The notes under the pieces: generated by a model | The model's database searches: none | What the model was told of the DNA's origin: nothing | The model's input: the letters and a program-made list of their open reading frames with translations, nothing else | Virus record (IMG/VR): IMGVR_UViG_3300044719_000048 | Location: 125,545-189,544 of that record | Strand: one strand, 5' to 3' | Source: a virus | Lineage: Duplodnaviria; Caudoviricetes | DNA length: 64,000 nucleotides | Part shown: positions 44,663 to 54,614 of the stretch, one piece after another | Numbering within the stretch: the stretch's first letter is position 1 | How the letters are laid out: every line of letters starts with the position of its first letter | Translations under genes and position numbers: made by a program

Positions 44663-44878
44663 ATGCTGAAAGTATATCTGCTGTGCGAAGACATAGACCT
44701 GGGCTACCATGTGCATAACGTGTCGGCCGATGAGAAGCGCATGAACGAGTTGGCTGCCTCCAACAATGAGCGCGACCGCAAGACCTGGACGGGGGCAGAC
44801 GGCATCGAACGCAAGAGCCGCGACATTTGGTGGGTTGACACGCGCGATCTGGAAGACTATCAGAACAAGGGGAAGTAG
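44663..44878 (+). CDS. hypothetical protein
   Basis: GGAG SD. Confidence 0.65.
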   Translation: MLKVYLLCEDIDLGYHVHNVSADEKRMNELAASNNERDRKTWTGADGIERKSRDIWWVDTRDLEDYQNKGK

Positions 44879-44879
44879 C

Positions 44880-45179
44880 ATGGACGTTTTCGATGACGAA
44901 GTTCTAATTGAAAAGAAACCGACGTGGGAAATCGCCTTCGTGGTAATGAATCAACTTCTTTGGGAGTGGGGTCCGGTGGGTGAATTGCTCGGTGAAGTAG
45001 TGACTGGAATCAAATGCCTGCTTCTCCTGACCTTAGCTATTGCTATCCGCACGGCTCTTATTGTGCTGCTTCCTTTGTCGGTTGCATTTCTAACGCACCT
45101 GCAGGTGCGAGCTTACAAGAAGGAAGTGGCTAGGGCCGAACGCGCCCGGAATCTTAATATCAAGGAGTCCCTCAAATGA
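44880..45179 (+). CDS. membrane protein
   Basis: Long hydrophobic segment. Confidence 0.6.
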   Translation: MDVFDDEVLIEKKPTWEIAFVVMNQLLWEWGPVGELLGEVVTGIKCLLLLTLAIAIRTALIVLLPLSVAFLTHLQVRAYKKEVARAERARNLNIKESLK

Positions 45180-45691
45180 AAACCATCATCGAAGTCAAGA
45201 TTGCCGACCTGAACATTAACCGTATCCGGGTCGTTGACGATCCGTCGCACCCACTCACAGCAACTCTGCTGGTGACTGGTCGCGACGGCAAGACGGAAGT
45301 GGCGTTCGCGTGCAAGCGCACGTACGCTGGTGCTCAAGCACTGGAGTTCGCTACCCACTCCTACGCCGACGCCGCAGCACTCATCGACCTGCTGACGTTC
45401 AATCTCACGGCCTTCGATGTCGAGCGGTTGGAAGGCAAGCTCGTGCGCGTGTCTGTGTTGGAGCTCTTGGACAAGGGTTGGACGTTGGTGCGCCGCCCGA
45501 ACGATCTCTTGCGCTGCACCTCGCCGGAGTTCGGCGACTCGGACACTTCGGACATGATGGCAATTTCGCTGGCCTTCGTGAACGATGGCGTGAACCTGTG
45601 GGCCGAGTACGACGGCACCACGCGCTCGGATGCAGACGCCTTCATTGAAGTGCTTGATCGCACGGGCACGAAGCACGAGGTGATCGGATGA
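45176..45691 (+). CDS. hypothetical protein
   Basis: AAGGAG SD. Confidence 0.7.
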   Translation: MKTIIEVKIADLNINRIRVVDDPSHPLTATLLVTGRDGKTEVAFACKRTYAGAQALEFATHSYADAAALIDLLTFNLTAFDVERLEGKLVRVSVLELLDKGWTLVRRPNDLLRCTSPEFGDSDTSDMMAISLAFVNDGVNLWAEYDGTTRSDADAFIEVLDRTGTKHEVIG

Positions 45692-45842
45692 ACAGCACTC
45701 CGACGAACTACACTGAATGGGAACATCATGTTCCCGACCACACGGTTGCCGACGACGGCTTTGGCAATCTCTTGCTGACTAACATTGATACGTTCTGGTT
45801 CAACGTCGAGCGCTCGACCGAAAACCTGCACTGAGGAATATC

Positions 45843-46100
45843 ATGCCTTTCATTGAACTGAATGCCAAGCAACGGCGCGCTTTGTTGAACGAACTCATCG
45901 ACGAGGCGTCCGATCCCGAGCTGTTGAGTATGGTGCGTCTCATCATAACTCGCAGCAATCTGGCCTTTCATAGGCCGTTCAAAGAGCAGGCTTTAGCGCA
46001 CGCGCAAAAGACCTTTAAGTTCTCGATGGCCAAGCCCAAGAAAGTGAAGGCTCCGGGCCTCCCTGTTCACGTTGACGAAGACGATTTCGAGGACGAATAA
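45843..46100 (+). CDS. hypothetical protein
   Basis: GAGGA SD. Confidence 0.65.
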   Translation: MPFIELNAKQRRALLNELIDEASDPELLSMVRLIITRSNLAFHRPFKEQALAHAQKTFKFSMAKPKKVKAPGLPVHVDEDDFEDE

Positions 46101-46375
46101 TGAAATCCGATTTGGGAGAACTCTTGAGCGTCAAGCTACGCCGAGATCAGCAACAGAAGATGCTGCGAATCGGCACTCTTCGTGAACTAGTGATGGCGCA
46201 TCAAGCTCACCAGCGCGCAGTGAACGAGTTCGGAATTGCCCTCGGTGTCGACCTCGACAGCCTGAACAATGCGCAAGCCACTGCAGTCTTTGCACTTTGC
46301 AGTGAAGTCGACCCTCGTGAAGTCTCTGAGGAAACCTTGATCAACCTGATGGAACAACTGGAGGATTTGAAATGA
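46100..46375 (+). CDS. hypothetical protein
   Basis: TAATG coupling. Confidence 0.65.
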   Translation: MKSDLGELLSVKLRRDQQQKMLRIGTLRELVMAHQAHQRAVNEFGIALGVDLDSLNNAQATAVFALCSEVDPREVSEETLINLMEQLEDLK

Positions 46376-46608
46376 ATGTTCTACCCTGCCTGTTTTTCAT
46401 CGGCAGTACCATTGCGCTACTGCCCTCGTGGGCGTTCGCCTCCGTGACTTGGCGCTGCCGACACGGTCGGTGGATATGGCTCCTCCTTGGGAGTACGCGC
46501 GTGCTGCCTACAGCACTCTGAATTGGGTGCTGGTCGTCATCAACAACGTTCTCTGGGTCGGCATCATCTCCGCCTGGGCTATCATCAACTATCTGACAAG
46601 GAACTGAA

Positions 46609-46905
46609 ATGAATCAAGCAATGGACAAGAAATTCGCAGACATGATCCTGAAAGCGATGGAGTATCGCGAGGCCTCCTACGACAAGACAGCAGCAGACGC
46701 AGAAACGGAGAAGGTCGAAGCAACCGGATTGGCCGGATTTGGCATAATCGACTACTCAGAGTTCTATGGGCTGTCGCTGGAGCAGGCCGCAGAGAAAGCG
46801 GCTGTCGAGGCCAACGAACCGAGGATGGCTCCCATCCTCAATTACCTGCTCCATTATGCGTGGAATGATGTGCAGGTCTGGATCAAAGACAACAATCTCG
46901 CGTAA
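46609..46905 (+). CDS. hypothetical protein
   Basis: AAGGA SD. Confidence 0.65.
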   Translation: MNQAMDKKFADMILKAMEYREASYDKTAADAETEKVEATGLAGFGIIDYSEFYGLSLEQAAEKAAVEANEPRMAPILNYLLHYAWNDVQVWIKDNNLA

Positions 46906-46915
46906 GGAACTGAAC

Positions 46916-47116
46916 ATGGACAGGCTGACTCTGACCATCAACGTGGAAGTCTTGGAAGGTGGCGCACTGCGTATCACGTCGCCAGAGTGCAAGTGCGAGG
47001 TCTTCACCGACCGCAGCAAGTTCGCCCTCGAGTGCGCGCAAATCGCGCACAGCTGGGCGGACGCTGAACCGACCGTCACGGCCCTCGACAGCATTAGCAT
47101 TCAACCGAAGGGGTGA
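46916..47116 (+). CDS. small hypothetical protein
   Basis: AAGGA SD before ATG 46916. Confidence 0.6.
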   Translation: MDRLTLTINVEVLEGGALRITSPECKCEVFTDRSKFALECAQIAHSWADAEPTVTALDSISIQPKG

Positions 47117-47119
47117 CGC

Positions 47120-47548
47120 ATGACCGAAGCGTTCCGATTTCTCAAACACCGCAGAGCCACCGAGCAGGAGACCCACGACTTCTACCGCGAGAAGCGTCAG
47201 GCAATGGCCGATGCCGAGGCCAAAGGTCTCACTGGAAAAGAGAAGTTCGCATTCCTCTGCGAGCGCGGTCGCAACTTTCCGTTCTACTACTCTACGCAAC
47301 TGAATTGCGTGATGTATGCACCACCAGACGCAGAAGTGTTCCAGAATTGGTTTCGCCAGCAGGGGTTCTCACCTGACCACTTCGACGTGGCCCATGAAGC
47401 ATGGCAGGCCGCGTGCGCTTACTACCGTGAGTCGAACTACGATGAGCAAACTCATCGTGAGTATCGCGCTGGCGTTGAGCGTCTGCGCAAGATGACACAG
47501 GCACAAATTCGTCAGCAGCGTGCTGACCACGAGAAGCGTTACCCATAA
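47120..47548 (+). CDS. hypothetical protein
   Basis: ORF in the gene run. Confidence 0.65.
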   Translation: MTEAFRFLKHRRATEQETHDFYREKRQAMADAEAKGLTGKEKFAFLCERGRNFPFYYSTQLNCVMYAPPDAEVFQNWFRQQGFSPDHFDVAHEAWQAACAYYRESNYDEQTHREYRAGVERLRKMTQAQIRQQRADHEKRYP

Positions 47549-47749
47549 TTCGCCCTATTGGGCACCAATCGAAGGAGTAAATCATGAGCACCATCTACAA
47601 GGAGATTATCAACCCGTTCATCGAGCAAGGCTGGTCCTAGCTTCGACAACCTGATCTACAACAAGCCCGTTATTAAAGCAGCACCGTATATCCCGACTCT
47701 CTTGCTGTGGGTCGATCTCATCATCCCGTAATCGTTATAGGAGACCGAC

Positions 47750-48016
47750 ATGCTCATTGCTTGGCAAATCTTCGTGGCTGCATCTTCGTTTCTCGGAGCC
47801 TCCTACGTGTGGCTCTTCGCAAAACCTTTGCCGCCTGAGTTCGACAGGTTCGGACTCACCATGTCGACAGTGCTGTTCGCCTTGGTCGGTCTCTACTTCG
47901 CGTACCAGGTCTGCCGAGAAGGCCTGAGGCCGACTCTCTGGTTAATACTGACAGTGATGGTTACGCAAGCCCTTGTTGTCTATCACATACTTCAATCCCC
48001 GTTCTTCAAAATCTAA
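47750..48016 (+). CDS. three-TM membrane protein
   Basis: AGGAG SD; three hydrophobic helices. Confidence 0.65.
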   Translation: MLIAWQIFVAASSFLGASYVWLFAKPLPPEFDRFGLTMSTVLFALVGLYFAYQVCREGLRPTLWLILTVMVTQALVVYHILQSPFFKI

Positions 48017-48027
48017 GGAGTCTCAAA

Positions 48028-48264
48028 ATGAAATCCAACGTGTTCTTGATGGTCTACCAGTACATAGTCGTAGAGTGCAAGAACGGATGCACTGACGCAC
48101 CGTCTACCTTCGAGTGGATCAAGAGGTATCGCCCTGATCTCGTCGATGATTTGGGCGCTCCTCCAGGTCTCGAAGGTCGAGACTTACGCGCGTTTCTGCA
48201 GACCATCAACTTCCATGCAGTGCGTGAAAACTGCGTGATCCTCACCGACGCTGTGGAGTTCTAA
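48028..48264 (+). CDS. hypothetical protein
   Basis: AAGGAG SD. Confidence 0.65.
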   Translation: MKSNVFLMVYQYIVVECKNGCTDAPSTFEWIKRYRPDLVDDLGAPPGLEGRDLRAFLQTINFHAVRENCVILTDAVEF

Positions 48265-48621
48265 ATGATCATCGTTATGACCAAGCTGGTACGCCTCGAA
48301 TACCGTGTGAACGAAGACCTCCACACACTGGCCTACAAACGCGACATCGAGCAATGGATGAAGCAGTGGACGGTAGCCAACAACTTCTCGCCGATCTGCC
48401 ATGTGTACGACGACAGCAGCAGACCCGCCACCAAGGAGGATTATGCACCTATGGTGGAGGCCGCAAAGGACGCGTTGGTTGCGCGACACGTCGCGATTTT
48501 GAAAAAGGTGTTCCCGGAACACACGAAGATCGAGCGCAACTACGCGGAAGACTTCCGCTTCGCGTTCGAGGTCTCCGCAGCACCTCCAGGTGTCCCATTG
48601 AAGCACGTTCCTTTCATGTGA
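48265..48621 (+). CDS. hypothetical protein
   Basis: GGAG SD; abuts the upstream stop. Confidence 0.65.
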   Translation: MIIVMTKLVRLEYRVNEDLHTLAYKRDIEQWMKQWTVANNFSPICHVYDDSSRPATKEDYAPMVEAAKDALVARHVAILKKVFPEHTKIERNYAEDFRFAFEVSAAPPGVPLKHVPFM

Positions 48622-48628
48622 GGATCAG

Positions 48629-48910
48629 ATGAAGAATACGCTCAAGCTGTACAAAGTCATCGTTCACAGCCAGCACTACGCCATAAAGGGATCCGCGAAA
48701 GTGCTGGCTCTCGCGGAGAAGCAAGCGCAGGAGATGGCACTGGTAATCACCATCACTAACGTTCAAGGCTTTCTTGACGGCCCTATTCGTAGCCCGAACA
48801 AGAATCCCGTAAAGATCGACCGCGTTCTATTCGCCAAGGACGCTACCTACGAAACCACGCTGTTGGCCGATGGGCCTACGGTTCTCGACTCCGCGTGGGA
48901 TCGAATCTGA
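48629..48910 (+). CDS. hypothetical protein
   Basis: GAGGA SD. Confidence 0.65.
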   Translation: MKNTLKLYKVIVHSQHYAIKGSAKVLALAEKQAQEMALVITITNVQGFLDGPIRSPNKNPVKIDRVLFAKDATYETTLLADGPTVLDSAWDRI

Positions 48911-48925
48911 GCTAAGGAGCATGAG

Positions 48926-49192
48926 ATGAAGAAAGACTTTCGCACGATCAAAATCGGCCACGGTGCCTATCCACGTGGAGGTTCCAACGCTTTGGCCTTC
49001 GTTGTCGGCAAGGCCGCAGCAGTACGCGAACTGCGCAGTAGGGGCTTCAAGCGCGACGATGCTCGTGCTTTGATCAATCAGGTCAGCAACCAACCTAACG
49101 GTTACGTGGTCGGCGAGGTCGACTACAAGCTGACTGAGGTACAGGCCATGAACACCGAACAGGCATGGGAAGGGTATCCGACCAATGGCTAA
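48926..49192 (+). CDS. hypothetical protein
   Basis: AAGGAG SD. Confidence 0.65.
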   Translation: MKKDFRTIKIGHGAYPRGGSNALAFVVGKAAAVRELRSRGFKRDDARALINQVSNQPNGYVVGEVDYKLTEVQAMNTEQAWEGYPTNG

Positions 49193-49598
49193 GTCGAAGG
49201 AGCAGAAACGCAAGGAGGCCCAAGAGAGGGCTTTGCTCAACATGAGCCAACGAACAGCTGAGCTGATCAGGTGGACGGCGGTTCATCACATGGACCTACG
49301 GAGCTCTAACGATGGGAACACCTGGTCGGAATGGACGGTCAAGCAGTTGCGAACTGCGGTCGCAGGATTCTACGTGCACTTGCGCGACTGCGGCTTGCCG
49401 CATGAAGTCGGCGCATTCTACATCTTGCACGATAAGGTGTTGATCGCTCAGGACGCTGACCGCACTTACCGGAGGCAGGAGCGCAAGTGCCTGTATTGTT
49501 TGCAACACCTGGGCAAGTACCACAAGGCGCCTTGCGCACACTCACAAGGCGGCCGTGTCGCCGACCACGAAGCACTTTACATAGACGAAGGGAAATGA
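49185..49598 (+). CDS. hypothetical protein with C-terminal Cys/His cluster
   Basis: CLYC...H...C. Confidence 0.6.
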   Translation: MAKSKEQKRKEAQERALLNMSQRTAELIRWTAVHHMDLRSSNDGNTWSEWTVKQLRTAVAGFYVHLRDCGLPHEVGAFYILHDKVLIAQDADRTYRRQERKCLYCLQHLGKYHKAPCAHSQGGRVADHEALYIDEGK

Positions 49599-49771
49599 TG
49601 GACCAAGTAAGTGACAAGAAGTTGAAGAAGCAACAGAGGAAGGCACGGCGCAAGGCCGAGGCACGAATCAAACATCGCATGGAAATCAGCCGCACACTCA
49701 CTAGCCTCTTGGGTTTCGTGATGTCTGCGTTGAGCCTGCTTCACGTCTACCATATCACCTAGGAGTCGAGG

Positions 49772-50311
49772 ATGACCAAAGAAGAAATCGATGTCCTCGT
49801 GAGGAAGATGACCCTTGCGGGCTGCCGACCGACCTTACACGGGCACGGCTATGCGAGGTCGGTCCGCCAGCTGTACCTCGAAAGCCGACTCAAGTTGGTG
49901 AACGTCACCGACCTACGGAGCTATAAGCGGGAGGACGATGAAACTGATCTCGCCACCCCTGCGTCGATCTGCACGTACGATGAGCTGGCGGCGGTGCATC
50001 TCAACGAAGACCTAACAGTCACCTTGTACATCAAGGAAAGCATGGTGAGCCTCAACAGCCATCCCAGTAGACCGCGTGTGAACTTCACGCTGTCCGGTGA
50101 GTGGTGGGCCATCAGCAAGCAAGGCGAAGGCTTTCCTCAGGCCATCGACAGGGCGTTCAGTCGGCGTGCGTCCAGTCTCTTCGAGCTGGAAGAAGCAGAG
50201 AAGGCGAAGAGACGTTGCCTCGCAATAGAGGCAGAGCTCCTAGCCGGTACGTACGACTATCCTGAGAGCGCGCTGACGCGAACAACCACTATCGTGGTGA
50301 AGAAAGACTGA
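49772..50311 (+). CDS. hypothetical protein
   Basis: AGGAG SD. Confidence 0.7.
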   Translation: MTKEEIDVLVRKMTLAGCRPTLHGHGYARSVRQLYLESRLKLVNVTDLRSYKREDDETDLATPASICTYDELAAVHLNEDLTVTLYIKESMVSLNSHPSRPRVNFTLSGEWWAISKQGEGFPQAIDRAFSRRASSLFELEEAEKAKRRCLAIEAELLAGTYDYPESALTRTTTIVVKKD

Positions 50312-50373
50312 CGAAGTAAATATAACTAGGGATACAGAAAGAGCGGGATTCCCCGCTATCAAAGGAGGGACCT

Positions 50374-50685
50374 ATGACAGTACGTGAAAGAGCATTCTAC
50401 CAAATGATGGCCTATCTGGAGGGTGATCGCCCAGGTGAAGAGCCGAAGCCGCCAGAAGGATTGCATCCTCTGGCGCTGGAAGAATGGAACAAGGGCGCCG
50501 CGAACGCGAGAACGCTCCACGCCAAGGACAATGACGAGTGGCAGCAGCTGGAAGACCTGATCGTCTACGCCGTGAAGACCGGCCTAATACTGACCATCCT
50601 GGGCGTAGTCTACTGGTGGCACAATCCGTGGGGCCTACTCGGCGGTGGAGTGGGCTGCTCAGTCCTGTTGTGGAGGTGGCTGTGA
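50374..50685 (+). CDS. membrane protein
   Basis: AAGGAGG SD; C-terminal TM segments; AGTAAATA at 50315. Confidence 0.65.
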   Translation: MTVRERAFYQMMAYLEGDRPGEEPKPPEGLHPLALEEWNKGAANARTLHAKDNDEWQQLEDLIVYAVKTGLILTILGVVYWWHNPWGLLGGGVGCSVLLWRWL

Positions 50686-51287
50686 CCGACGATCTTACGC
50701 CAGAGTTCTATACGACAGAACGACTCAACACGGAATCGCCTGCTGAACAGAAGATCGACCTGCCGCCTCCCCTGCGGGTCTTGGAAGGGGGATTCCCAAA
50801 AGATCAGACGGTGACCTTTTGTTCAAAGCCGCACTACGATCCGATGCTCAACTGGATCGCGGTAATGCGGCGTATCGCAGAACAGGGTTCACCTGTGATC
50901 GTTCCTTTAGAAGACTTGCCCTCAACGAGGCACGAAGTTCTGAGAGGTCGCCCTCTTGACAAGATTGGGAGGTTCGTTGTCGACTACTCTGCTGGAGCCC
51001 GTATCTTCACTCCACTGGAGCTCTCGCCCACCGATTGGGAGCCTCCTAGCATACAAGCCGTCGGTCGAGTTGGACGCCGAGTCAACTCGAATGCAGGCCT
51101 TCCCAAGCGCACGTCCTCACGCAATCAACGCGAAGGCGTCTACGGATTCAAAGTCGACGGTCGGCACACAAGAAAGAAAACAAAACCGAAGGTCGAGGTC
51201 GTTGCGTTGGATTCAGCGTCAGCAGCTAGCAAAATTCGGGCCTCAAAACTCGCAAATGTTGACCAAAAACAACACGCAGAGCCCTGA
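50682..51287 (+). CDS. hypothetical protein
   Basis: GGAGG SD with GTG start. Confidence 0.6.
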   Translation: MTDDLTPEFYTTERLNTESPAEQKIDLPPPLRVLEGGFPKDQTVTFCSKPHYDPMLNWIAVMRRIAEQGSPVIVPLEDLPSTRHEVLRGRPLDKIGRFVVDYSAGARIFTPLELSPTDWEPPSIQAVGRVGRRVNSNAGLPKRTSSRNQREGVYGFKVDGRHTRKKTKPKVEVVALDSASAASKIRASKLANVDQKQHAEP

Positions 51288-51291
51288 TCTG

Positions 51292-51300
51292 TGGTATAAT
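51292..51300 (+). promoter_or_regulatory. extended -10 promoter
   Basis: TGgTATAAT followed by GAAAGCGTAG, as at 43507. Confidence 0.7.
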
Positions 51301-51335
51301 GAAAGCGTAGGACCTTCATTTCAAGGAGCGAATTT

Positions 51336-51566
51336 ATGAGCAACGAAATCAACGAAATCAACGGCGACCTGAACGCAATCGACGACGGCACCACTGACGC
51401 TGACTACGCAGACATGCCAAAAGTCGCACGCACGCAAACGACGGCCTCGAGACCGTATTTCGACCCCGCCGCTGACTACACCGAACGCACGGGACGTTAC
51501 CTGAGTCTGTCCGAGCGTATGCAAGAGCGCTCACGCTATTCGCAACAAACCCAAGATCTGATCTAA
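51336..51566 (+). CDS. small acidic protein
   Basis: AAGGAG SD; lies between a promoter and a hairpin. Confidence 0.7.
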   Translation: MSNEINEINGDLNAIDDGTTDADYADMPKVARTQTTASRPYFDPAADYTERTGRYLSLSERMQERSRYSQQTQDLI

Positions 51567-51571
51567 TCGCA

Positions 51572-51604
51572 AGGCAGCCCATTCGTGGCTGCCTCTCTGC
51601 TTTT
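51572..51604 (+). terminator. probable terminator
   Basis: AGGCAGCC...GGCTGCCT stem followed by a pyrimidine run. Confidence 0.55.
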
Positions 51605-51621
51605 CACACACGGACCCCACT

Positions 51622-53496
51622 ATGGACCTCACAACGCTCAGCGCAAAGAAGAAGTTGTACCTGAAGGCCAACAAGGCCTACCATGACGGTGGCAATCCGA
51701 TCATGACCGACGCCCAGTTCGACAAACTGGAAAAAGAGATCGCGAGGGCAGACCCCACCTGGAACCGACTCAAGAAGACCGGGTCGACAGTCAACAAGAA
51801 GGTCTCCGTTGCTCTGCTTGAGCCCATGCCTTCGTTGAACAAGTGCTACCCGGAGACCATCGACAAATGGCTGGCGAAGCGGCGTGAGAAGAAGCTGCTC
51901 GCGCTCCACAAGCTGGACGGGTCTGCCTTGCAGGGCCACTACCGCAAAGGCCGGTGCGTGTTTCTCGCCACTCGTGGCGACGGCAAGACGGGCAAAGACA
52001 TTTCGTTCTTGATTCCGCACTTGCGGCACTCCCTTCCAATCATCGCGGACGAAAGCGATGTCGTGATTCGATTCGAGGCCGTGATCTCGTTGGAGAAGTT
52101 CAAGAAGTGGGCGCGCAAGACCGCTGACGACAAGGACAAGTTCGATAATCCGCGCAACATGGTGAACGGGTTGCTGAACCGACGCGAGGCCCATCCTGCC
52201 ATGCGCGACATCGACATTCTCGTTCTCGGGGTGTATGGCAATCCTATGGAAGCTGGCCTCAAGTGGGCGCACGACCAAGGGCTCAAGATAGCTCCGTATG
52301 ACTTAGTGACACCTGAGGCTGACTTCACGAAACGTCTTCTCAGGGCGCGCGCCGCATCTGAGTACGACATTGACGGCCTCGTGCTGGTGGCGCCCAATCA
52401 AGTGTTTGGCTACGACTCCTATGAGAAGCCGAAGTGGACTACGGCCTTCAAAGTCAACGATGACGACGGTGCCGTGGAGGTCACTGTCTTGGAGATCATC
52501 GAGCAGGTATCGCGCAATGATCGTATCAGTCCTAAGATCAAGATCACTCCGACCAAGATCAAAGGCGTGGAAGTCACGTATGCTACGGCGCACAACGCGC
52601 AGTGGATGGCAGACAGGGGCATTGGCGTGGGAGCCGTGGTCAAGCTCGTGCGCTCAGGTGATGTCATCCCGAAGATCGAGGCCGTGGTCAAGAAGGCGAA
52701 GAAGCCGTGGGTGCCTTCGATACCCTACAAGCAGGTGGGCGCCCACTTCGTTGCCACTCAGCGCCACAAGGAAGCGGACGTGCGCGAGATTCACCACTTC
52801 ATGACCGTTCTCGGCATCGAGAACATTGCTCGCAAGTCGATTGCGAAGTTGTACGATGCAGGGTTCACTTCGGTGCTGTCTCATCTGGAGTCGTTCGGTC
52901 AGCGCATGCGAGGCTATACCGACGCCGGTATCGGAGAAGCAATGACCGGGAAAATCTACAATGAGTTCAACCGTGTACTACACGACGATGGCGTGACGCT
53001 CCTGCAACTGATGCACGCTTCAAACTGCTTCGAGTCGTTCGGCGAGCGCAAGCTCCAGATGATCGAACAGCATTTCATGAAGAAAGGCGACCGCGACCCA
53101 CTGAAGGGCTTCGTCAAGCAGCCTATCGTGCCGCTGAGCAAGATCACGGCAATCAAAGGTATGGGAGAAGTGTCGGCTGATCAATTTCTCCAAGGACTTG
53201 AACGGTTCAAAAAATGGTTCCGTCCTATTCTGAAGACGCGCCTCATCAAGATCAACGATCCCCAATTGGTTCAGAAAAAGAAGGCGGTTAATGGAGACCT
53301 GGCCGGGCAGAGAGTGTCGTTCACGTCCTATCGTGACGCAGCGCATGAGGCCACAGTCGAGGCGCGTGGCGCAGAAGTCGTACCTTACAGCGCGAAGACC
53401 ACGATCCTGTTGTTCAAGAAAGGCGGCAAGGCTTCCAGCAAGATCGAGGCCGCTCGTGCCAAAGGCATCAGGGTCTGCACGTTCGAGGAGTTGTAA
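51622..53496 (+). CDS. ligA: NAD-dependent DNA ligase
   Basis: AYH...MTDAQFD domain Ia, KLDG, TRGDG, NPRN, DIDGLV, RSGDVIP and C-terminal BRCT. Confidence 0.95.
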   Translation: MDLTTLSAKKKLYLKANKAYHDGGNPIMTDAQFDKLEKEIARADPTWNRLKKTGSTVNKKVSVALLEPMPSLNKCYPETIDKWLAKRREKKLLALHKLDGSALQGHYRKGRCVFLATRGDGKTGKDISFLIPHLRHSLPIIADESDVVIRFEAVISLEKFKKWARKTADDKDKFDNPRNMVNGLLNRREAHPAMRDIDILVLGVYGNPMEAGLKWAHDQGLKIAPYDLVTPEADFTKRLLRARAASEYDIDGLVLVAPNQVFGYDSYEKPKWTTAFKVNDDDGAVEVTVLEIIEQVSRNDRISPKIKITPTKIKGVEVTYATAHNAQWMADRGIGVGAVVKLVRSGDVIPKIEAVVKKAKKPWVPSIPYKQVGAHFVATQRHKEADVREIHHFMTVLGIENIARKSIAKLYDAGFTSVLSHLESFGQRMRGYTDAGIGEAMTGKIYNEFNRVLHDDGVTLLQLMHASNCFESFGERKLQMIEQHFMKKGDRDPLKGFVKQPIVPLSKITAIKGMGEVSADQFLQGLERFKKWFRPILKTRLIKINDPQLVQKKKAVNGDLAGQRVSFTSYRDAAHEATVEARGAEVVPYSAKTTILLFKKGGKASSKIEAARAKGIRVCTFEEL

Positions 53497-53708
53497 TGAG
53501 TGCCGAGCTTGTGACTGCGTTGGCGCAATTGCTGAAGACTGCCGACGCTCTGATCAACGACCCTCTCGATTTTGGCCCCTATACTGAGTCGTGCAAGCGC
53601 GAGTACCAGCAGGCCAAGAAGAACGCATCGAAGGCACTCAAGGCCTACAGAAAGGAAAAACAATGGCAAGTCCTGCACCTGAGAAGACCACGTCGGAGCT
53701 CAGTATGA
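53496..53708 (+). CDS. small hypothetical protein
   Basis: TAATG coupling; GAGGAG SD. Confidence 0.55.
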   Translation: MSAELVTALAQLLKTADALINDPLDFGPYTESCKREYQQAKKNASKALKAYRKEKQWQVLHLRRPRRSSV

Positions 53709-53972
53709 CTCTTCTGCTCGGATACATTCCTGACCGTCAACTTCGGTACAGTCAGCACCGGCGAGGTTGGCCTACTTCTGACGTCGGCTTTCATCCGTGC
53801 TGCAACACTTGCGAGGGCTACGGTACAGTCTACGGGTGGGTTATGGAAGGCTTTGATCCACTCACTCAAGTTTTGCCGCGTACTGGCTGGGTCGAATGCA
53901 GCTGCTGTGGTGGAAGCGGTTTTGCTGACCACGTCCTGCAGTTGAATACTCATCTTATGTGGGAGACCTGAA

Positions 53973-54614
53973 ATGATGAACGATTCCCTGAAAGGAAGTG
54001 GTCGCACGTCCCGAATGCTGCGTCATGGGCAGCTGCTCCAAAAGGAAGGTAAGCTGGTCGTCATTGCGGCACTCAACAGGACGCACGCGCATCAGCTATC
54101 CGCCGATCTCGAAGACATACTGGACAATCCAGAGGCACCCCCTATCCGCGTCGTGCCGTTCCGCGAGCTCATATGCGGTAACTGGTATCACCCTGCACGA
54201 GGCTGGTCGCATTACGACTATGCCACGAGTGCTTTCCGGAAAACGGGCGATGCCGTGTGTTTGATCGACCATGCGGCACTTGAACAGCACCTCAAGGACG
54301 TTGATGAGTATTTGAAGATCACTGATCCGATCTCCGATACACGGCAGTGGCTGATAGACACTGCGAGAGTTACCGCTTGGATGGGCCGTCGGGTCTATTT
54401 CGTATCCGATGATGATCACCTAATGAAGGTGGCCAAGGAAGAACTCGCTTCGTACAACGTGTCGGTCGAACGGCCTGAAATGCTCCGCAATCTCGACCTG
54501 CTGTCTCTGACGATAGGTCGAGTACACCCTAATACTCAACTCCTAGTTGACCCTGCAATGATGCACCGCATGTTCGCCGGTGCCCTAAACGAAATGAAGA
54601 GGTGGAACAAATGA
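53973..54614 (+). CDS. degenerate P-loop-like protein
   Basis: GSGRTS near the N-terminus; CLIDH and LLVDP hint at an internal duplication. Confidence 0.55.
   Translation: MMNDSLKGSGRTSRMLRHGQLLQKEGKLVVIAALNRTHAHQLSADLEDILDNPEAPPIRVVPFRELICGNWYHPARGWSHYDYATSAFRKTGDAVCLIDHAALEQHLKDVDEYLKITDPISDTRQWLIDTARVTAWMGRRVYFVSDDDHLMKVAKEELASYNVSVERPEMLRNLDLLSLTIGRVHPNTQLLVDPAMMHRMFAGALNEMKRWNK

Noticed and set aside
49293-49922. 13-bp direct repeat GACCTACGGAGCT in two genes
   Set aside because: There are only two copies, both within coding sequence, which is compatible with chance.
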